Origin: Escherichia coli
GTDB taxonomy: Bacteria; Pseudomonadota; Gammaproteobacteria; Enterobacterales; Enterobacteriaceae
Direction: 5' to 3' (one strand)
DNA length: 64,000 nucleotides
NCBI RefSeq assembly: GCF_050320075.1
Contig: NZ_CP190018.1
A model generated the notes under the pieces. The model did not search any database, was not told the DNA's origin, and saw only the letters and a program-made list of their open reading frames with translations. Position 1 is the first letter of the stretch, and the number at the start of each line of letters is the position of its first letter. A program made the position numbers and the translations under genes. Below, piece by piece: positions 37,280 to 51,772 of the stretch.

Positions 37280-38989
37280 TTACTGCACCGGCTCCGTCGA
37301 TGTAACTTCGCCACTGGAAACGACGCCTGCATTCATGGTTTGAGTCACTTGCTGCTTTGTGGCGTTCACGGCATGCAATTGCCCGCTAACCGTAGGTTTC
37401 AGCGGGATATTGGCCTGAATATCGCCGCTGGCGGTAAGCTGAATATTGCCGTCGCCAGTCAACGGTAATTCAGGCCATCCCCACTGTTGCAAAATATTCA
37501 CCGGCACACCGCGTCCATTCAGGCTGATATGGGTCTGACGTTGTGGCGTTTGTGAAACACTGGCGGTGGCTTCCAGAATGCCTTTTTCAGTAAATGCACT
37601 CAGTTCGCTGATATTCACCGTGCTGCTGTTGGCGGTCAGCGCCAGCGATGGGCGACGAACATCAACACGATTAAATGTCGCGGCGGCGGCATTCAGATTC
37701 GCCGAACCACTCCAGACGCCCCATTTATGATCGGTAACCAGCGTCAGGTTGGCACCGTAACCATCGAGCGCGGTGAGCTGCCACGGGAAGTCAGGGTCGA
37801 TATCAATGATCAGATTGCGGCTGGCGCTAAATCTCTTCAGTTGCAGGCTGTTTAACCAACCGGGTGTTGTTTCCATCCACAACTGTTGCCAGTTTTTTGG
37901 CAAGGTATATTCCAGTCCGGCAATTGCCGCATCATCGAGGATCAGCGTTTTCCCGTCGCGTTGCCAGTTTCCTGACGTTCTGACCATACCCCCTTCCCAG
38001 CGGCTGGTGAACTGGCGCAGCGCTACGCCCTGCGGGGAAAATTCCGCGTTTATAATCGGGTCAAATAAATGCAGCGAACCATAAATGAACTCGCTGGCGT
38101 TCATCGACAGTTTGCCTTCCTGTGTCTGCCAGCCATCTTTACTGAAGGTCATGTTGCGCAAGCTGAGATCGAGGTCGGTCACCGCCCAGTCCGGACCTTG
38201 CAAACGAGCATCGATCACTTCCAGGCGACCAATCTGCAACGACGGGACAGAGCGTAATGGCGCAAAGAAGTCGGTTAGCGATTTTTCGCTTTGTAGACGG
38301 ATATCCGCCATGCGCAGATTTTCCACTTGCCAGCTGCCGTCGGCGTTACGCTGCGCGTTTCCGGTTAATGTCCCGCGGGCGATGTCGGCACCCAGGTTAG
38401 TCAGCGTAACGCGATCGTTATCAATACTGCCTTCAATCAGTACATTGGTGGCAGGAACATCATTGAGCGAAAGCGATCCGGCACTAAACTGAATCTGCGC
38501 CTTCGTACCCAGCACTTTACCGGCTTCTGGTGACCACGGAACCACGCCGCCATTTACCCGCTGCGCGCTCAGTTTCCATTCGCTATTCGGGCTATTAAAC
38601 GCCATATCACGCAGTTGCAGACGATCGGCTTTGAACGGTAGCGGCGCGGTCTGGTCGGTGAGATTCAGCGTCCCGTTTTCCAGCAGGATGGTATCGACAT
38701 GGCGTGGTTCGGTCAGTTGCCGACTGCTTAGCGCAATGTCGACACTTTTTGCCACCAGGGTCGCGGGCTGGCCATCACGGCCGAACGTGACGTTCTCCAG
38801 CACGATATGAGATGGCGCGGAAAAACGGTGATCCATCGCCCCGAAGGCCAGATGATAGTCGCTATTCTCGGAAACCCATGCGCTGATATGTTCTGCTCCC
38901 CAGCGGGTTTGCAGAAGAAAATAGAGGCCAGCGATCACCACTAACAGAGCGATGAAAATGTAGAGAAGCAGCTTCCCAATAAATTTCAT
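37280..38989 (-). CDS. yicH: AsmA-family protein YicH
   Basis: 569 aa from MKFIGKLLLYIFIALLVVIAGLYFL (N-terminal membrane anchor); conserved position next to xanP. Confidence 0.85.
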   Translation of the reverse strand: MKFIGKLLLYIFIALLVVIAGLYFLLQTRWGAEHISAWVSENSDYHLAFGAMDHRFSAPSHIVLENVTFGRDGQPATLVAKSVDIALSSRQLTEPRHVDTILLENGTLNLTDQTAPLPFKADRLQLRDMAFNSPNSEWKLSAQRVNGGVVPWSPEAGKVLGTKAQIQFSAGSLSLNDVPATNVLIEGSIDNDRVTLTNLGADIARGTLTGNAQRNADGSWQVENLRMADIRLQSEKSLTDFFAPLRSVPSLQIGRLEVIDARLQGPDWAVTDLDLSLRNMTFSKDGWQTQEGKLSMNASEFIYGSLHLFDPIINAEFSPQGVALRQFTSRWEGGMVRTSGNWQRDGKTLILDDAAIAGLEYTLPKNWQQLWMETTPGWLNSLQLKRFSASRNLIIDIDPDFPWQLTALDGYGANLTLVTDHKWGVWSGSANLNAAAATFNRVDVRRPSLALTANSSTVNISELSAFTEKGILEATASVSQTPQRQTHISLNGRGVPVNILQQWGWPELPLTGDGNIQLTASGDIQANIPLKPTVSGQLHAVNATKQQVTQTMNAGVVSSGEVTSTEPVQ

Positions 38990-39109
38990 GGTCTTCCATC
39001 CCGTGAAATGCACATAAGGGAGTTATGCACGATTTACGCGCAATCCTCAAGGCGGGAATGGTGAAAGAGGTGAGACTGCGGCGGTAATTATCTTACCGCC
39101 GCCAGTGAA

Positions 39110-40501
39110 TTACTGTTTTTCTGGTGGGAAAATCAGATTCAGCACGATGGCAGTAATACCGCCCGCGGCGATCCCGGAGGAGAGCAGGTTTTTCAGCCAC
39201 TCAGGGGCAAACTGCAAAATCAGCGGCTGCTGAGAGACGCCCAGACCAACCGCCAGCGACAGCGCGATAATCAGAATCGCCCGACGGTTCAGCGGCTCAC
39301 GAGACACAATGCGCACACCGGAGGCGGCGATGGTGCCAAACATTACAAGTGTTGCGCCGCCCAGAACCGGTTCTGGAATATGTTGTACAAAACCGCTCAC
39401 TGCCGGGAACAGACCCAGCACGATCAACATCAGCGCGACGACAAAACCGACATAGCGGCTGGCAACCCCGGTCAACTGGATCACTCCGTTGTTCTGCCCG
39501 AAGCAGGAGTTCGGGAAGGTGTTAAACACCGCCGAAACAAACGAGTTCAGGCCGTTTGCCAGCACGCCGCCTTTCAGGCGTTTCATGTACAGTGGACCGG
39601 ACACTGGCTGTTCGGAAACGTCAGAGGTCGCCGTGATATCGCCAATGGTTTCCAGTGAAGTGATCATAAAGACCAGCATCAGCGGCAGCAGCAGACTCCA
39701 TTCAATGCCAAGACCGTAATAGAGCGGCGTTGGCACCATAATCAGTTCTTGCGTCATCGGTTCGTTGCTTTCTGGCAACATGCCCATAAACCACGCCAGC
39801 GCATATCCGGCCGCCATCGCAATCACCAGTGAGGCCACGCGTAAGTAAGGGTTACGTTGACGGTTAAGCAGGATAATTAAGGCTAAGACCACGCCTGCCA
39901 GCAGCAGATTTTTCGGTGCGCCGAAGGTGTTATCGCTCATGGCTGCGTAACCGCCGCCAATGGAAGTCAGCCCAACCTGAATTAGCGACAGGCCGATAAT
40001 CATCACCACAACGCCAGAAACCAGCGGCGTAATAATGCGGCGCGCCAGATGCAGAACGCGGGAGATCACCATCTCGGTGCAACTTGCCAGCATCAACGTG
40101 CCGAACAAAGCCGCCATCATGGTAGGAACATCAGCACCACCGGTCTTCAGCGCTGTGCCGCCCATAATCAGCGGGGCAACAAAGTTGAAGCTGGTGCCCT
40201 GAATAGACAACAACCCGGAGCCAACCGGACCCCAGGCCTTAATTTGAATAATCGATGCCACACCGGAGGCAAACAGCGACATACTAATAATGTGTTGCGT
40301 GTCTTGTGCCGGTAAACCCAGCGCCTGGCAGATTAATAGCGCTGGCGTGATCACCGCAACGAACATCGCCAGCAGATGCTGACAGGCGGCAAACAGAGTT
40401 TGAGGAAGCGGCGGACGATCTTCAAGACGGTAAATCAGTTCGCTGTTTTGAGTCTGCGCAACCGGTTGCGCATTTTCTGACTCGAGGGTGGAAACAGACA
40501 T
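39110..40501 (-). CDS. xanP: Xanthine permease (NCS2 family)
   Basis: 463 aa from [47 protein letters not shown]. Confidence 0.9.
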
Positions 40502-40780
40502 CGAAAACAATCCCGTGGTAGCAAAGCGGGCATTTTAGCTGACCGAAAGAGAAAAGCAAACGTTTGCCACATCCTCATCTAAATATTTAAATGAGATAAA
40601 TGCACTTTTTTATATAACTTTTGGTATTTTTCTGCTTAAAATCCATGCCATTTGTTCATTAACAGCTGAGAATTTGACCCAGGAAAGCATAACTCGATAC
40701 CCGTCATAGTTCATGAAGTTGCCACTGCGCGATGAAGTATGACGAGTATGAAAGAGTGATGCGGATACAAAGGAGTAACT

Positions 40781-41986
40781 ATGTTTCATCTCGATACTTT
40801 AGCAACGCTTGTTGCCGCAACGCTGACGTTGCTGCTCGGGCGTAAGTTGGTCCATTCCGTCTCCTTTTTGAAGAAATACACCATACCGGAACCTGTTGCG
40901 GGTGGTTTGTTGGTGGCGCTGGCGCTACTAGTACTGAAAAAAAGCATGGGCTGGGAAGTCAACTTTGATATGTCCCTGCGCGATCCGTTAATGCTGGCTT
41001 TCTTCGCCACCATTGGCCTGAACGCCAACATTGCCAGTTTGCGTGCCGGTGGGCGTGTGGTTGGCATCTTCTTGATTGTGGTTGTTGGTCTGTTGGTGAT
41101 GCAAAATGCCATTGGCATTGGTATGGCTAGCCTGTTAGGGCTTGATCCGCTGATGGGGCTGTTGGCCGGTTCTATTACGCTTTCCGGCGGTCACGGTACG
41201 GGCGCTGCGTGGAGTAAATTGTTCATTGAACGTTATGGCTTCACCAATGCGACGGAAGTGGCGATGGCCTGTGCAACGTTCGGTCTGGTGCTGGGCGGCT
41301 TGATTGGCGGTCCGGTGGCGCGCTATCTGGTGAAACACTCCACCACGCCGAACGGTATTCCGGATGACCAGGAAGTCCCGACGGCGTTTGAAAAGCCGGA
41401 TGTGGGACGCATGATCACCTCGTTGGTGCTGATTGAAACTATCGCGCTGATTGCTATCTGCCTGACGGTGGGGAAAATTGTTGCGCAACTTTTGGCTGGC
41501 ACTGCTTTTGAACTGCCGACCTTCGTCTGTGTCCTGTTTGTTGGCGTGATTCTGAGCAACGGTCTGTCAATGATGGGCTTTTACCGCGTCTTTGAGCGTG
41601 CGGTATCCGTGCTGGGTAACGTAAGCCTGTCGTTGTTCCTGGCGATGGCGCTGATGGGGCTGAAACTGTGGGAGCTGGCTTCGCTGGCGCTGCCGATGCT
41701 GGCGATTCTGGTGGTACAGACCATCTTCATGGCGTTGTATGCCATCTTCGTTACCTGGCGCATGATGGGCAAAAACTACGATGCGGCAGTGCTGGCTGCG
41801 GGTCATTGTGGTTTTGGCCTCGGTGCAACGCCAACGGCAATCGCCAACATGCAGGCGATCACTGAACGTTTTGGCCCGTCGCACATGGCGTTCCTGGTAG
41901 TGCCGATGGTCGGTGCGTTCTTTATTGATATCGTTAACGCGCTGGTGATTAAGCTGTATTTAATGTTGCCGATTTTTGCGGGCTAA
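40781..41986 (+). CDS. gltS: Sodium/glutamate symporter
   Basis: 401 aa polytopic transporter, recognisable GltS sequence. Confidence 0.9.
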   Translation: MFHLDTLATLVAATLTLLLGRKLVHSVSFLKKYTIPEPVAGGLLVALALLVLKKSMGWEVNFDMSLRDPLMLAFFATIGLNANIASLRAGGRVVGIFLIVVVGLLVMQNAIGIGMASLLGLDPLMGLLAGSITLSGGHGTGAAWSKLFIERYGFTNATEVAMACATFGLVLGGLIGGPVARYLVKHSTTPNGIPDDQEVPTAFEKPDVGRMITSLVLIETIALIAICLTVGKIVAQLLAGTAFELPTFVCVLFVGVILSNGLSMMGFYRVFERAVSVLGNVSLSLFLAMALMGLKLWELASLALPMLAILVVQTIFMALYAIFVTWRMMGKNYDAAVLAAGHCGFGLGATPTAIANMQAITERFGPSHMAFLVVPMVGAFFIDIVNALVIKLYLMLPIFAG

Positions 41987-41991
41987 CCGAT

Positions 41992-42021
41992 GAAGCGGCG
42001 GTCTTCTCACCGCCGCCTTTT
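41992..42021. terminator. Bidirectional rho-independent terminator between gltS and recG (stem GCGGCGG ... CCGCCGC followed by CTTTT)
   Basis: Hairpin plus T-run read directly; overlaps the recG stop codon. Confidence 0.7.
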
Positions 42022-44101
42022 ACGCATTCGAGTAACGTTCCGTCTCCGGCATCCAGCGTTCTATCAGGGCTTTTGCTTGTTGTGGGTAACGTTCGTGAAT
42101 ATGTCGCGCCAGGCGCTGAACTTCCGGGATCATCGCCTGATCGCGCAGTAAATCCGCCACTTTAAACTCAGCATTACCCGTCTGACGCGTACCTAACAGT
42201 TCACCCGGTCCGCGAATCTCTAAGTCTTTCTGTGCAATCACAAAACCGTCGTTGCTGTCGCGCAGCACTTGCAGCCGAATTTGCGCGGTTTTGGAGAGCG
42301 GCGTTTTGTAGAGCAGCACGCAGTGAGAAGCCACCGCACCACGACCTACACGCCCGCGAAGCTGGTGCAACTGCGCCAGACCCAGACGCTCCGGGTTTTC
42401 GATAATCATCAGGCTGGCGTTAGGCACATCAACGCCGACTTCAATAACGGTAGTGGCAACCAGCAGGTGTAACTCGCCTTGTTTAAATGATGCCATGACG
42501 GCCTGCTTCTCGGCTGGTTTCATCCGTCCGTGTACCAGACCAACATTCAACTCTGGTAGCGCCAGTTTCAACTCTTCCCAGGTAGCTTCCGCCGCCTGCG
42601 CTTCCAGTAACTCTGACTCTTCAATGAGTGTGCACACCCAGTACGCCTGACGCCCTTCAGTCATACAGGCGTGGCGCACGCGGTCGATAATGTCGTTACG
42701 ACGCGTATCCGGGATTGCCACTGTCGTCACTGGCGTGCGGCCTGGCGGCAGCTCATCTATCACCGAGGTATCGAGATCGGCATACGCGGTCATCGCCAGC
42801 GTGCGGGGGATCGGCGTCGCGGTCATGATCAACTGATGCGGATGGAAGCCCTGCTGCTGGCCTTTCTCCCATAACGCCAGACGCTGATGCACGCCAAAAC
42901 GATGCTGTTCGTCGATAATCACCAGCGCCAGACCGTTAAACTGCACCTGTTCCTGGAAGATGGCGTGTGTACCGACAATCATCTGCACCTGACCGCTGGC
43001 GATGGCTTCCTGCTGTGCCAGTCGCGCTTTACCTTTCTGCTTACCGGCGAGCCAGCCCACTTCGATACCGAGCGGTGCAAACCAGTTGCGGAAGTTATTC
43101 GCGTGCTGCTCGGCGAGTAATTCGGTTGGTGCCATCAATGCCACCTGTTTGCCGTGGGCAATCGCACGCAACGCGGCGAGGGCGGCGACCAGCGTTTTAC
43201 CGGAACCTACATCGCCCTGCACCAGGCGCATCATCGGCGCATCCAGCGCCATATCGCGCTCGATCTCCGCCACCACGCGTGCCTGTGCGCCCGTTGGCTT
43301 GAACGGTAAGGCTGCGAGGAGTTTATTTTTCAGCGCGTCATTGGCGCTAAGCGGCTGGGCATGGAAACGTTGTGCACCAGCGCGTAACGCCAACATGCTG
43401 AGGTTGTGCGCAAGCAGTTCTTCCAGAATCAGACGGCGTTGTGCTGGATGCTGCCCGGTTTCGAGATCGCTAAGCTGTAGCGTCGGCGGCGGGCGGTGCA
43501 AAGTGCGCAACGCTTCCGGTAGCGTCATCATTCCTTGTGACAGTTCCGGCGGCAGGAGTTCTTCAATGGCGCAGGTGTCGAGCAGATCCAGCGCCTGGTC
43601 GGTTAATTTACGCAGCGTGGCCTGCTTTACGCCTTCGGTTGTTGGGTAAACCGGCGTAAGCGTTTCCTGCAACTCTGGCGTACTGAGATCGCCCTGCACG
43701 CGGTATTCCGGGTGGATCATCTCCGCGCCATATTTACCGCGCTTTGCTTCTCCATAGGCCAGCACGCGGCGGCCCGTCGCCAGGCTATTTTTCATTGCCG
43801 CGTTGAAGTTGAAAAAGCGCATGGTGAGAATGCCGGAACCGTCGCTGATCTGGCAGGTCATCATCCGCCGACCGCCGAAGGAGATATTGCAGTTCAGCAC
43901 TTCGCCTTCCACCGTGGCATAAACGCCCGGTAGTAGTTCTCCGATGGGGTAGAGATGGGTGCGATCTTCGTAGCGCAGGGGAAGGTGTAAGAGTAGATCC
44001 TGCACGGTATGCAGGTTGATTTTCGCCAGCTTGTTACTAAGCGCTGCACCAACGCCCGTTAGGGAACTGAGCGGGACAGCATCTAACAGGCGACCTTTCA
44101 T
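42020..44101 (-). CDS. recG: ATP-dependent DNA helicase RecG
   Basis: 693 aa from MKGRLLDAVPLSSLTGVGAALSNKLAKI; Walker A GDVGSGKT; DEQHRFG; QLRGRVGRG. Confidence 0.95.
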   Translation of the reverse strand: MKGRLLDAVPLSSLTGVGAALSNKLAKINLHTVQDLLLHLPLRYEDRTHLYPIGELLPGVYATVEGEVLNCNISFGGRRMMTCQISDGSGILTMRFFNFNAAMKNSLATGRRVLAYGEAKRGKYGAEMIHPEYRVQGDLSTPELQETLTPVYPTTEGVKQATLRKLTDQALDLLDTCAIEELLPPELSQGMMTLPEALRTLHRPPPTLQLSDLETGQHPAQRRLILEELLAHNLSMLALRAGAQRFHAQPLSANDALKNKLLAALPFKPTGAQARVVAEIERDMALDAPMMRLVQGDVGSGKTLVAALAALRAIAHGKQVALMAPTELLAEQHANNFRNWFAPLGIEVGWLAGKQKGKARLAQQEAIASGQVQMIVGTHAIFQEQVQFNGLALVIIDEQHRFGVHQRLALWEKGQQQGFHPHQLIMTATPIPRTLAMTAYADLDTSVIDELPPGRTPVTTVAIPDTRRNDIIDRVRHACMTEGRQAYWVCTLIEESELLEAQAAEATWEELKLALPELNVGLVHGRMKPAEKQAVMASFKQGELHLLVATTVIEVGVDVPNASLMIIENPERLGLAQLHQLRGRVGRGAVASHCVLLYKTPLSKTAQIRLQVLRDSNDGFVIAQKDLEIRGPGELLGTRQTGNAEFKVADLLRDQAMIPEVQRLARHIHERYPQQAKALIERWMPETERYSNA

Positions 44102-44106
44102 GGTAC

Positions 44107-44796
44107 TTACCCTGCAGCTTGCATAGTGGCCCACCAGTCGGCATCGGCTTCAATTTCGCCCTGCTGATTGACGTGGGGGTAAGGCAGGCCTTTGCGTTTT
44201 GCGACTTTCGCCAGCACCGGATAGCCGCCTTCAAACAGCAGGCGTTGTTGCTCTGCTTCCGGCAACATGCTGTTTTCACGCAGGTACATGCCCGCATTTT
44301 GCCGCTGGCGCTGGGCTTCGTAAAGAATGAGGGCTGAGGCAACGGAAACATTCAGCGATTGCACCATGCCAATCATCGGAATGATGATGTCCCGATCCGC
44401 CAGGGCCAACGCTTCCTGCGTGATGCCTGTTTTCTCCTGTCCCATCAAAATACAGGTCGGGCGAGTGTAATCAATTTCGCGGAAATCGACAGCGTTATCA
44501 GAAAGATGGGTTGCCAGAATCTGCATGCCCTGGCCTTTCAGATGAGCGACGGCATCGCCAATGGTGCGGTGCGTTTTCACCTGTACCCAGCTGTTACTAC
44601 CCGCAGCTGCCGAAGCCATGGTGCGCATCCGGCTACCAGGCCAGACAGCATGAACTTCATGTACACCAACGGCATCTGCGGTACGAATAATCGCAGAAAC
44701 GTTATGAGGTTTGTGGACCTGCTCCATGCAGACGGTCAGATCAGGCTGCCGCCTGGCGAGCATTTCGCAGATACGTGCATAACGTGTTGGGTTCAT
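44107..44796 (-). CDS. trmH: tRNA (Gm18) 2'-O-methyltransferase
   Basis: 229 aa SpoU-family methyltransferase; position between spoT and recG. Confidence 0.9.
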   Translation of the reverse strand: MNPTRYARICEMLARRQPDLTVCMEQVHKPHNVSAIIRTADAVGVHEVHAVWPGSRMRTMASAAAGSNSWVQVKTHRTIGDAVAHLKGQGMQILATHLSDNAVDFREIDYTRPTCILMGQEKTGITQEALALADRDIIIPMIGMVQSLNVSVASALILYEAQRQRQNAGMYLRENSMLPEAEQQRLLFEGGYPVLAKVAKRKGLPYPHVNQQGEIEADADWWATMQAAG

Positions 44797-44802
44797 AAAA
44801 CA

Positions 44803-46911
44803 TTAATTTCGGTTTCGGGTGACTTTAATCACGTCTGGCATCACGCGGATTTTGCGCATGATATTCGCCAGATGCACACGGTCACGGGCGGTCAGACGAA
44901 TAAAGGCGCTGTAGACGCGACCATCTTTCTCTTCCGTATTCAAACTTTGAATATTCGAGGTGGTGGTGTTAATTGCCGCTGTCAGGTTTGCCAGCGCGCC
45001 CTGATGATTGAACATCTCCACCTTGATTTCGGTGATGAACTCCTGCGCCGTCTCTTTATCCCATTCCACAGCCATAAACTTCTCTGGCTCTTTCTGGTAG
45101 CCACGGATGTTACGGCAGGATTCATGGTGGATCACCAGACCTTTACCGGGGCTGACGTGGGCGATAATCGGGTCGCCAGGAATAGGGCGGCAGCATTTCG
45201 CAAAGGTGATCAGCACGCCATCGGCACCTTTAATGGGCAGATGTCCGTGACTTTGGGTTGCCGGTGGAATGGAGGCGTCCCCATGTTGCAGATTTTTCGC
45301 GACCACCACGCTCATTGCGTTACCAAGGCCGATTTCAGCCAGCAGATCGTCAAGCGTTGCCAGCTTCATGCGGTCCAGCTCGCGCTGAATATTTTCCTGC
45401 GGGATTTCATTGAGCTTGCGGCTGCCACCCAACGCATGGTTGAGCAGACGACGGCCCAGGCTTACAGAATCATCACGCTTGAGGTTTTTCAGCAATTGAC
45501 GAATTTTGGCGCGCGCTTTCGAGCTAACGACAAAGTTCAGCCACGCGGCATTCGGGCGAGCGCCCGGTGCGGTAATAATTTTAACGGTTTGACCGCTGGT
45601 CAGCGGCTGCGACAGCGGGTAAGGCTGGCGGTCGACACGCGCGCCCACGCAGGCATGACCGATATCGGTATGCACCGCATAAGCGAAGTCGACGGGCGTT
45701 GCACCGGCAGGCAGCTCTACAATGCGCCCTTCCGGTGTGAAAACGTAAATTTCATCCGGGAAGAGATCGGATTTAACGCTCTCGATAAATTCAAACGAGC
45801 TACCGGCACTCTGTTGCAGCTCCAGCAGGCTTTGCATCCAGCGCTGGGCGCGGATTTGTGCGGTAGTACTGGTTTCGCCGTGCTCTTTATAAGCCCAGTG
45901 CGCGGCAACACCCATCTCTGCCATCTGATCCATATCTTCGGTACGGATCTGGACCTCAACCGGCACGCCGTGCGGGCCAATCATCGAGGTGTGCAAAGAC
46001 TGATAGCCGTTCGCTTTTGGAATGGCGATGTAGTCTTTCACGCGACCCGGACGCGGCTTGTACAGGCTATGCATTTGCCCGAGCACGCGATAACAGGTGT
46101 CGGAATCATTGACGATCACGCGGAAGGCGTAGATGTCCATGATTGAGTGAAAACGCTGCTCTTTGAGCACCATTTTGCAGTAGATCGAATAAAGATGCTT
46201 TTCGCGACCACTGACGCGGCACGGTATTCCCGCTTCCTGCAAACGCCCTTCGATTTCAGAAAGAATCTTCTGGATCATCTCTTTACGGTTGCCGCGCGCG
46301 GCTTTCACCACTTCTTTGATTACGCGATAACGGTTGGGATACAGCGCCTCAAAACCCAGCTCTTCGAGTTCGGTTTTAATGTGGTGGATACCTAAACGGT
46401 GCGCCAGCGGGCTGTAAATTTCGAGTGTTTCACGGGCGATGCGGCGACGTTTGTCCGGGCGAAGTGAGCCCAGCGTGCGCATGTTGTGGGTACGGTCGGC
46501 AAGTTTGATGAGAATGACGCGGATATCCTGCACCATCGCCATAATCATCTTGCGAAAGTTTTCGGCCTGCGCCTCTTTCTTATCGCGGAACTTGAGCTTA
46601 TCAAGTTTCGACACCCCCTCTACCAGCTCGGCGACGCTTTTACCAAAAAGCTGTTCCATATCCTGATAGGTGGCGGGTGTATCTTCAATCACGTCATGCA
46701 GCAGCGCCGCCATTAGCGTTTCATAGTCGAGTTTCATCTCGGCCAGAATGCAGGCAACCGCTACCGGGTGCGTGATATAGGGTTCACCGCTTGAACGTGT
46801 TTGCCCCTCGTGAGCATCACGTGCAACGAGATACGCCTGCCGCAGACGCTTGATTTGGTCTTCCGGCAGGTAGGTTTGAATCAGTTGATTCAGGCTTTCA
46901 AACAGATACAA
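44803..46911 (-). CDS. spoT: Bifunctional (p)ppGpp synthetase/hydrolase SpoT
   Basis: 702 aa; HD-domain motifs (HPVAVACILAE, LHDVIEDT) and conserved synteny with rpoZ. Confidence 0.95.
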   Translation of the reverse strand: MYLFESLNQLIQTYLPEDQIKRLRQAYLVARDAHEGQTRSSGEPYITHPVAVACILAEMKLDYETLMAALLHDVIEDTPATYQDMEQLFGKSVAELVEGVSKLDKLKFRDKKEAQAENFRKMIMAMVQDIRVILIKLADRTHNMRTLGSLRPDKRRRIARETLEIYSPLAHRLGIHHIKTELEELGFEALYPNRYRVIKEVVKAARGNRKEMIQKILSEIEGRLQEAGIPCRVSGREKHLYSIYCKMVLKEQRFHSIMDIYAFRVIVNDSDTCYRVLGQMHSLYKPRPGRVKDYIAIPKANGYQSLHTSMIGPHGVPVEVQIRTEDMDQMAEMGVAAHWAYKEHGETSTTAQIRAQRWMQSLLELQQSAGSSFEFIESVKSDLFPDEIYVFTPEGRIVELPAGATPVDFAYAVHTDIGHACVGARVDRQPYPLSQPLTSGQTVKIITAPGARPNAAWLNFVVSSKARAKIRQLLKNLKRDDSVSLGRRLLNHALGGSRKLNEIPQENIQRELDRMKLATLDDLLAEIGLGNAMSVVVAKNLQHGDASIPPATQSHGHLPIKGADGVLITFAKCCRPIPGDPIIAHVSPGKGLVIHHESCRNIRGYQKEPEKFMAVEWDKETAQEFITEIKVEMFNHQGALANLTAAINTTTSNIQSLNTEEKDGRVYSAFIRLTARDRVHLANIMRKIRVMPDVIKVTRNRN

Positions 46912-46929
46912 GGGCGACCCGCTTTGTGA

Positions 46930-47205
46930 TTAACGACGACCTTCAGCAATAGCGGTAACGGCTTGTAATTCAGCGGCTTCCTGCTCTTGCTGTTCCTGGC
47001 GTTCGCGAACGTCGAGGATCTGGTTGTTGATCAGACCTTCTTCGATTTCGCGCAGCGCGATTACAGTGGTTTTATCGTTTTCTTCCGGTACCAGCGGATC
47101 CTTTCCGCCTACCTGCATCTGACGAGCGCGACGCGCGGCGACCAGTACCAGGTCAAAACGGTTACCAATTTTCTCTACAGCGTCCTGAACAGTTACGCGT
47201 GCCAT
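46930..47205 (-). CDS. rpoZ: RNA polymerase omega subunit
   Basis: 91 aa, [31 protein letters not shown]. Confidence 0.95.
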
Positions 47206-47259
47206 ACTTAAAAAGCTCCACAGGTGAAGAAATGACTGGGCATGATACTGAAATCAGGT

Positions 47260-48047
<788 letters not shown>

Positions 48048-48048
48048 C

Positions 48049-50437
<2,389 letters not shown>

Positions 50438-50727
50438 GGTTATCTCCCTAAAAATCTGTCTGGCAGGGTAGCGATTTGTACGCATTGTCACGATTGAGAT
50501 TTTTTAAGGTGAGAGGAAATTGATAATTTTTAGTTATGTGAAATCGTTGTTTTCTGTAGCGTAGATGCATTCTTCTGACTTCTTGTCTGAGAAAATACAT
50601 AAGAAAAAGTAGGTTAAAACTGAGGGGTGGAAAAGAAAGGTGCAATGTTAGCCATTGTGTTCACCGCACATGGACTTTGGCTTACGCATCGGGTATCTCA
50701 ATCAACAAAAAGAGTTTTTAGTTTCGG

Positions 50728-51552
50728 CTATTTTTTCTCTGTAATTTTTACACTGTTTTCCAACTGCTTGATGCTGATCTGCGGGGTCGGCAACTCCTCA
50801 GGCATGGTTCCGCCAAGTTCCTGAATGGTTTGCCTCACCTTGCGACCCACGTCAAAGTGTGTGGTGTTAGCTTGCTGTTTTGAATTCACGCCATCCCGCT
50901 TGAGTTTTTCTTCTGTTTGGGTAGCTCGAAAGAGATTAGCCGCCAGTTCTGTTGAACCCATATGATCCAGGATCTTCTGACTCTTTTTCAGCCCCTTCCG
51001 CTGATGGATGGCTTTCTGATCTAATCCACCATACAGCCCCCGGTAACCATGATTCTGAAATATGGCGAAATCGATAGCTGTCGCTACCCCAGCTTGCTGC
51101 GCTGCCTCAACTAATTGTTTGTTATGTTCTTTCAACTCATTTCTCAGAAAAAGACGCTTTTCGTCTTCACGAAGTTGCCTGAAAGCTTCATCGTCAGCCA
51201 GCTCCTGTCGTCGGGTCTGGATAGCAAAATAAGTTTGCCCTGCCGCAATAACCGGTTTCGCAGGGTCGCCGTTTTGTACTACCAGGTAACAGGCATAGCG
51301 GGAGAGTACGATGTCTTTTAATGCTCTTTTGGCATTTGAGCCAATTTTGACCATATCGAGGATCTCCTCGAAATGGTCATCAATTGTGTGACCACTATTC
51401 AGACAAGCTTCTTTGGCGCGCGTTAATACAGGTATAAAGTGACGATACTCTGAATAACCCAGTAGTTTCCCAAGTTGTCTTGCTGACCATTGTTCTGCTC
51501 CGTTTGCATTAATCAGCTTTATCTCTTCAAAAGGTTGATGATGTTCGTTCAT
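50728..51552 (-). CDS. dinD: DNA damage-inducible protein D
   Basis: Recognisable DinD sequence; LexA box upstream. Start could be 51552 (MNEHH) or 51564 (MEWAM). Confidence 0.85.
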   Translation of the reverse strand: MNEHHQPFEEIKLINANGAEQWSARQLGKLLGYSEYRHFIPVLTRAKEACLNSGHTIDDHFEEILDMVKIGSNAKRALKDIVLSRYACYLVVQNGDPAKPVIAAGQTYFAIQTRRQELADDEAFRQLREDEKRLFLRNELKEHNKQLVEAAQQAGVATAIDFAIFQNHGYRGLYGGLDQKAIHQRKGLKKSQKILDHMGSTELAANLFRATQTEEKLKRDGVNSKQQANTTHFDVGRKVRQTIQELGGTMPEELPTPQISIKQLENSVKITEKK

Positions 51553-51597
51553 TGCCCACTCCATGTGATATCGATTGCAAGGAAAGTAAGTCTACAA

Positions 51598-51613
51598 CTG
51601 TGTTTATATACAG
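51598..51613. promoter_or_regulatory. LexA (SOS) operator CTGTGTTTATATACAG upstream of dinD
   Basis: CTG-N10-CAG with AT-rich core, about 35-45 bp upstream of the dinD start. Confidence 0.8.
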
Positions 51614-51772
51614 TTGTGAGTATCTCACGTTCTCACTGCGCTGGGCAAAAAAACATCGCAAAATCTGGAGCAGGCACGCAAAACAGAATTGAATGTTGCG
51701 GGGAAGAAAAATGCCGCTCTGTTTTAGTGGCGGCATTTGTGAAGGCGGAAAAGTAAGAATTGGCGTTACGAG

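Noticed and set aside
42967-43649. ORFs antisense to recG (42967-43302, 43002-43649).
   Set aside because: Overlap a conserved helicase gene; low-complexity Ala/Arg/Ser-rich translations.
44359-46146. A 595-aa ORF on the plus strand antisense to spoT.
   Set aside because: Fully nested antisense to the highly conserved spoT gene; translation is His/Arg/Gly-rich with no domain features. Long antisense ORFs are common in GC-balanced conserved genes.
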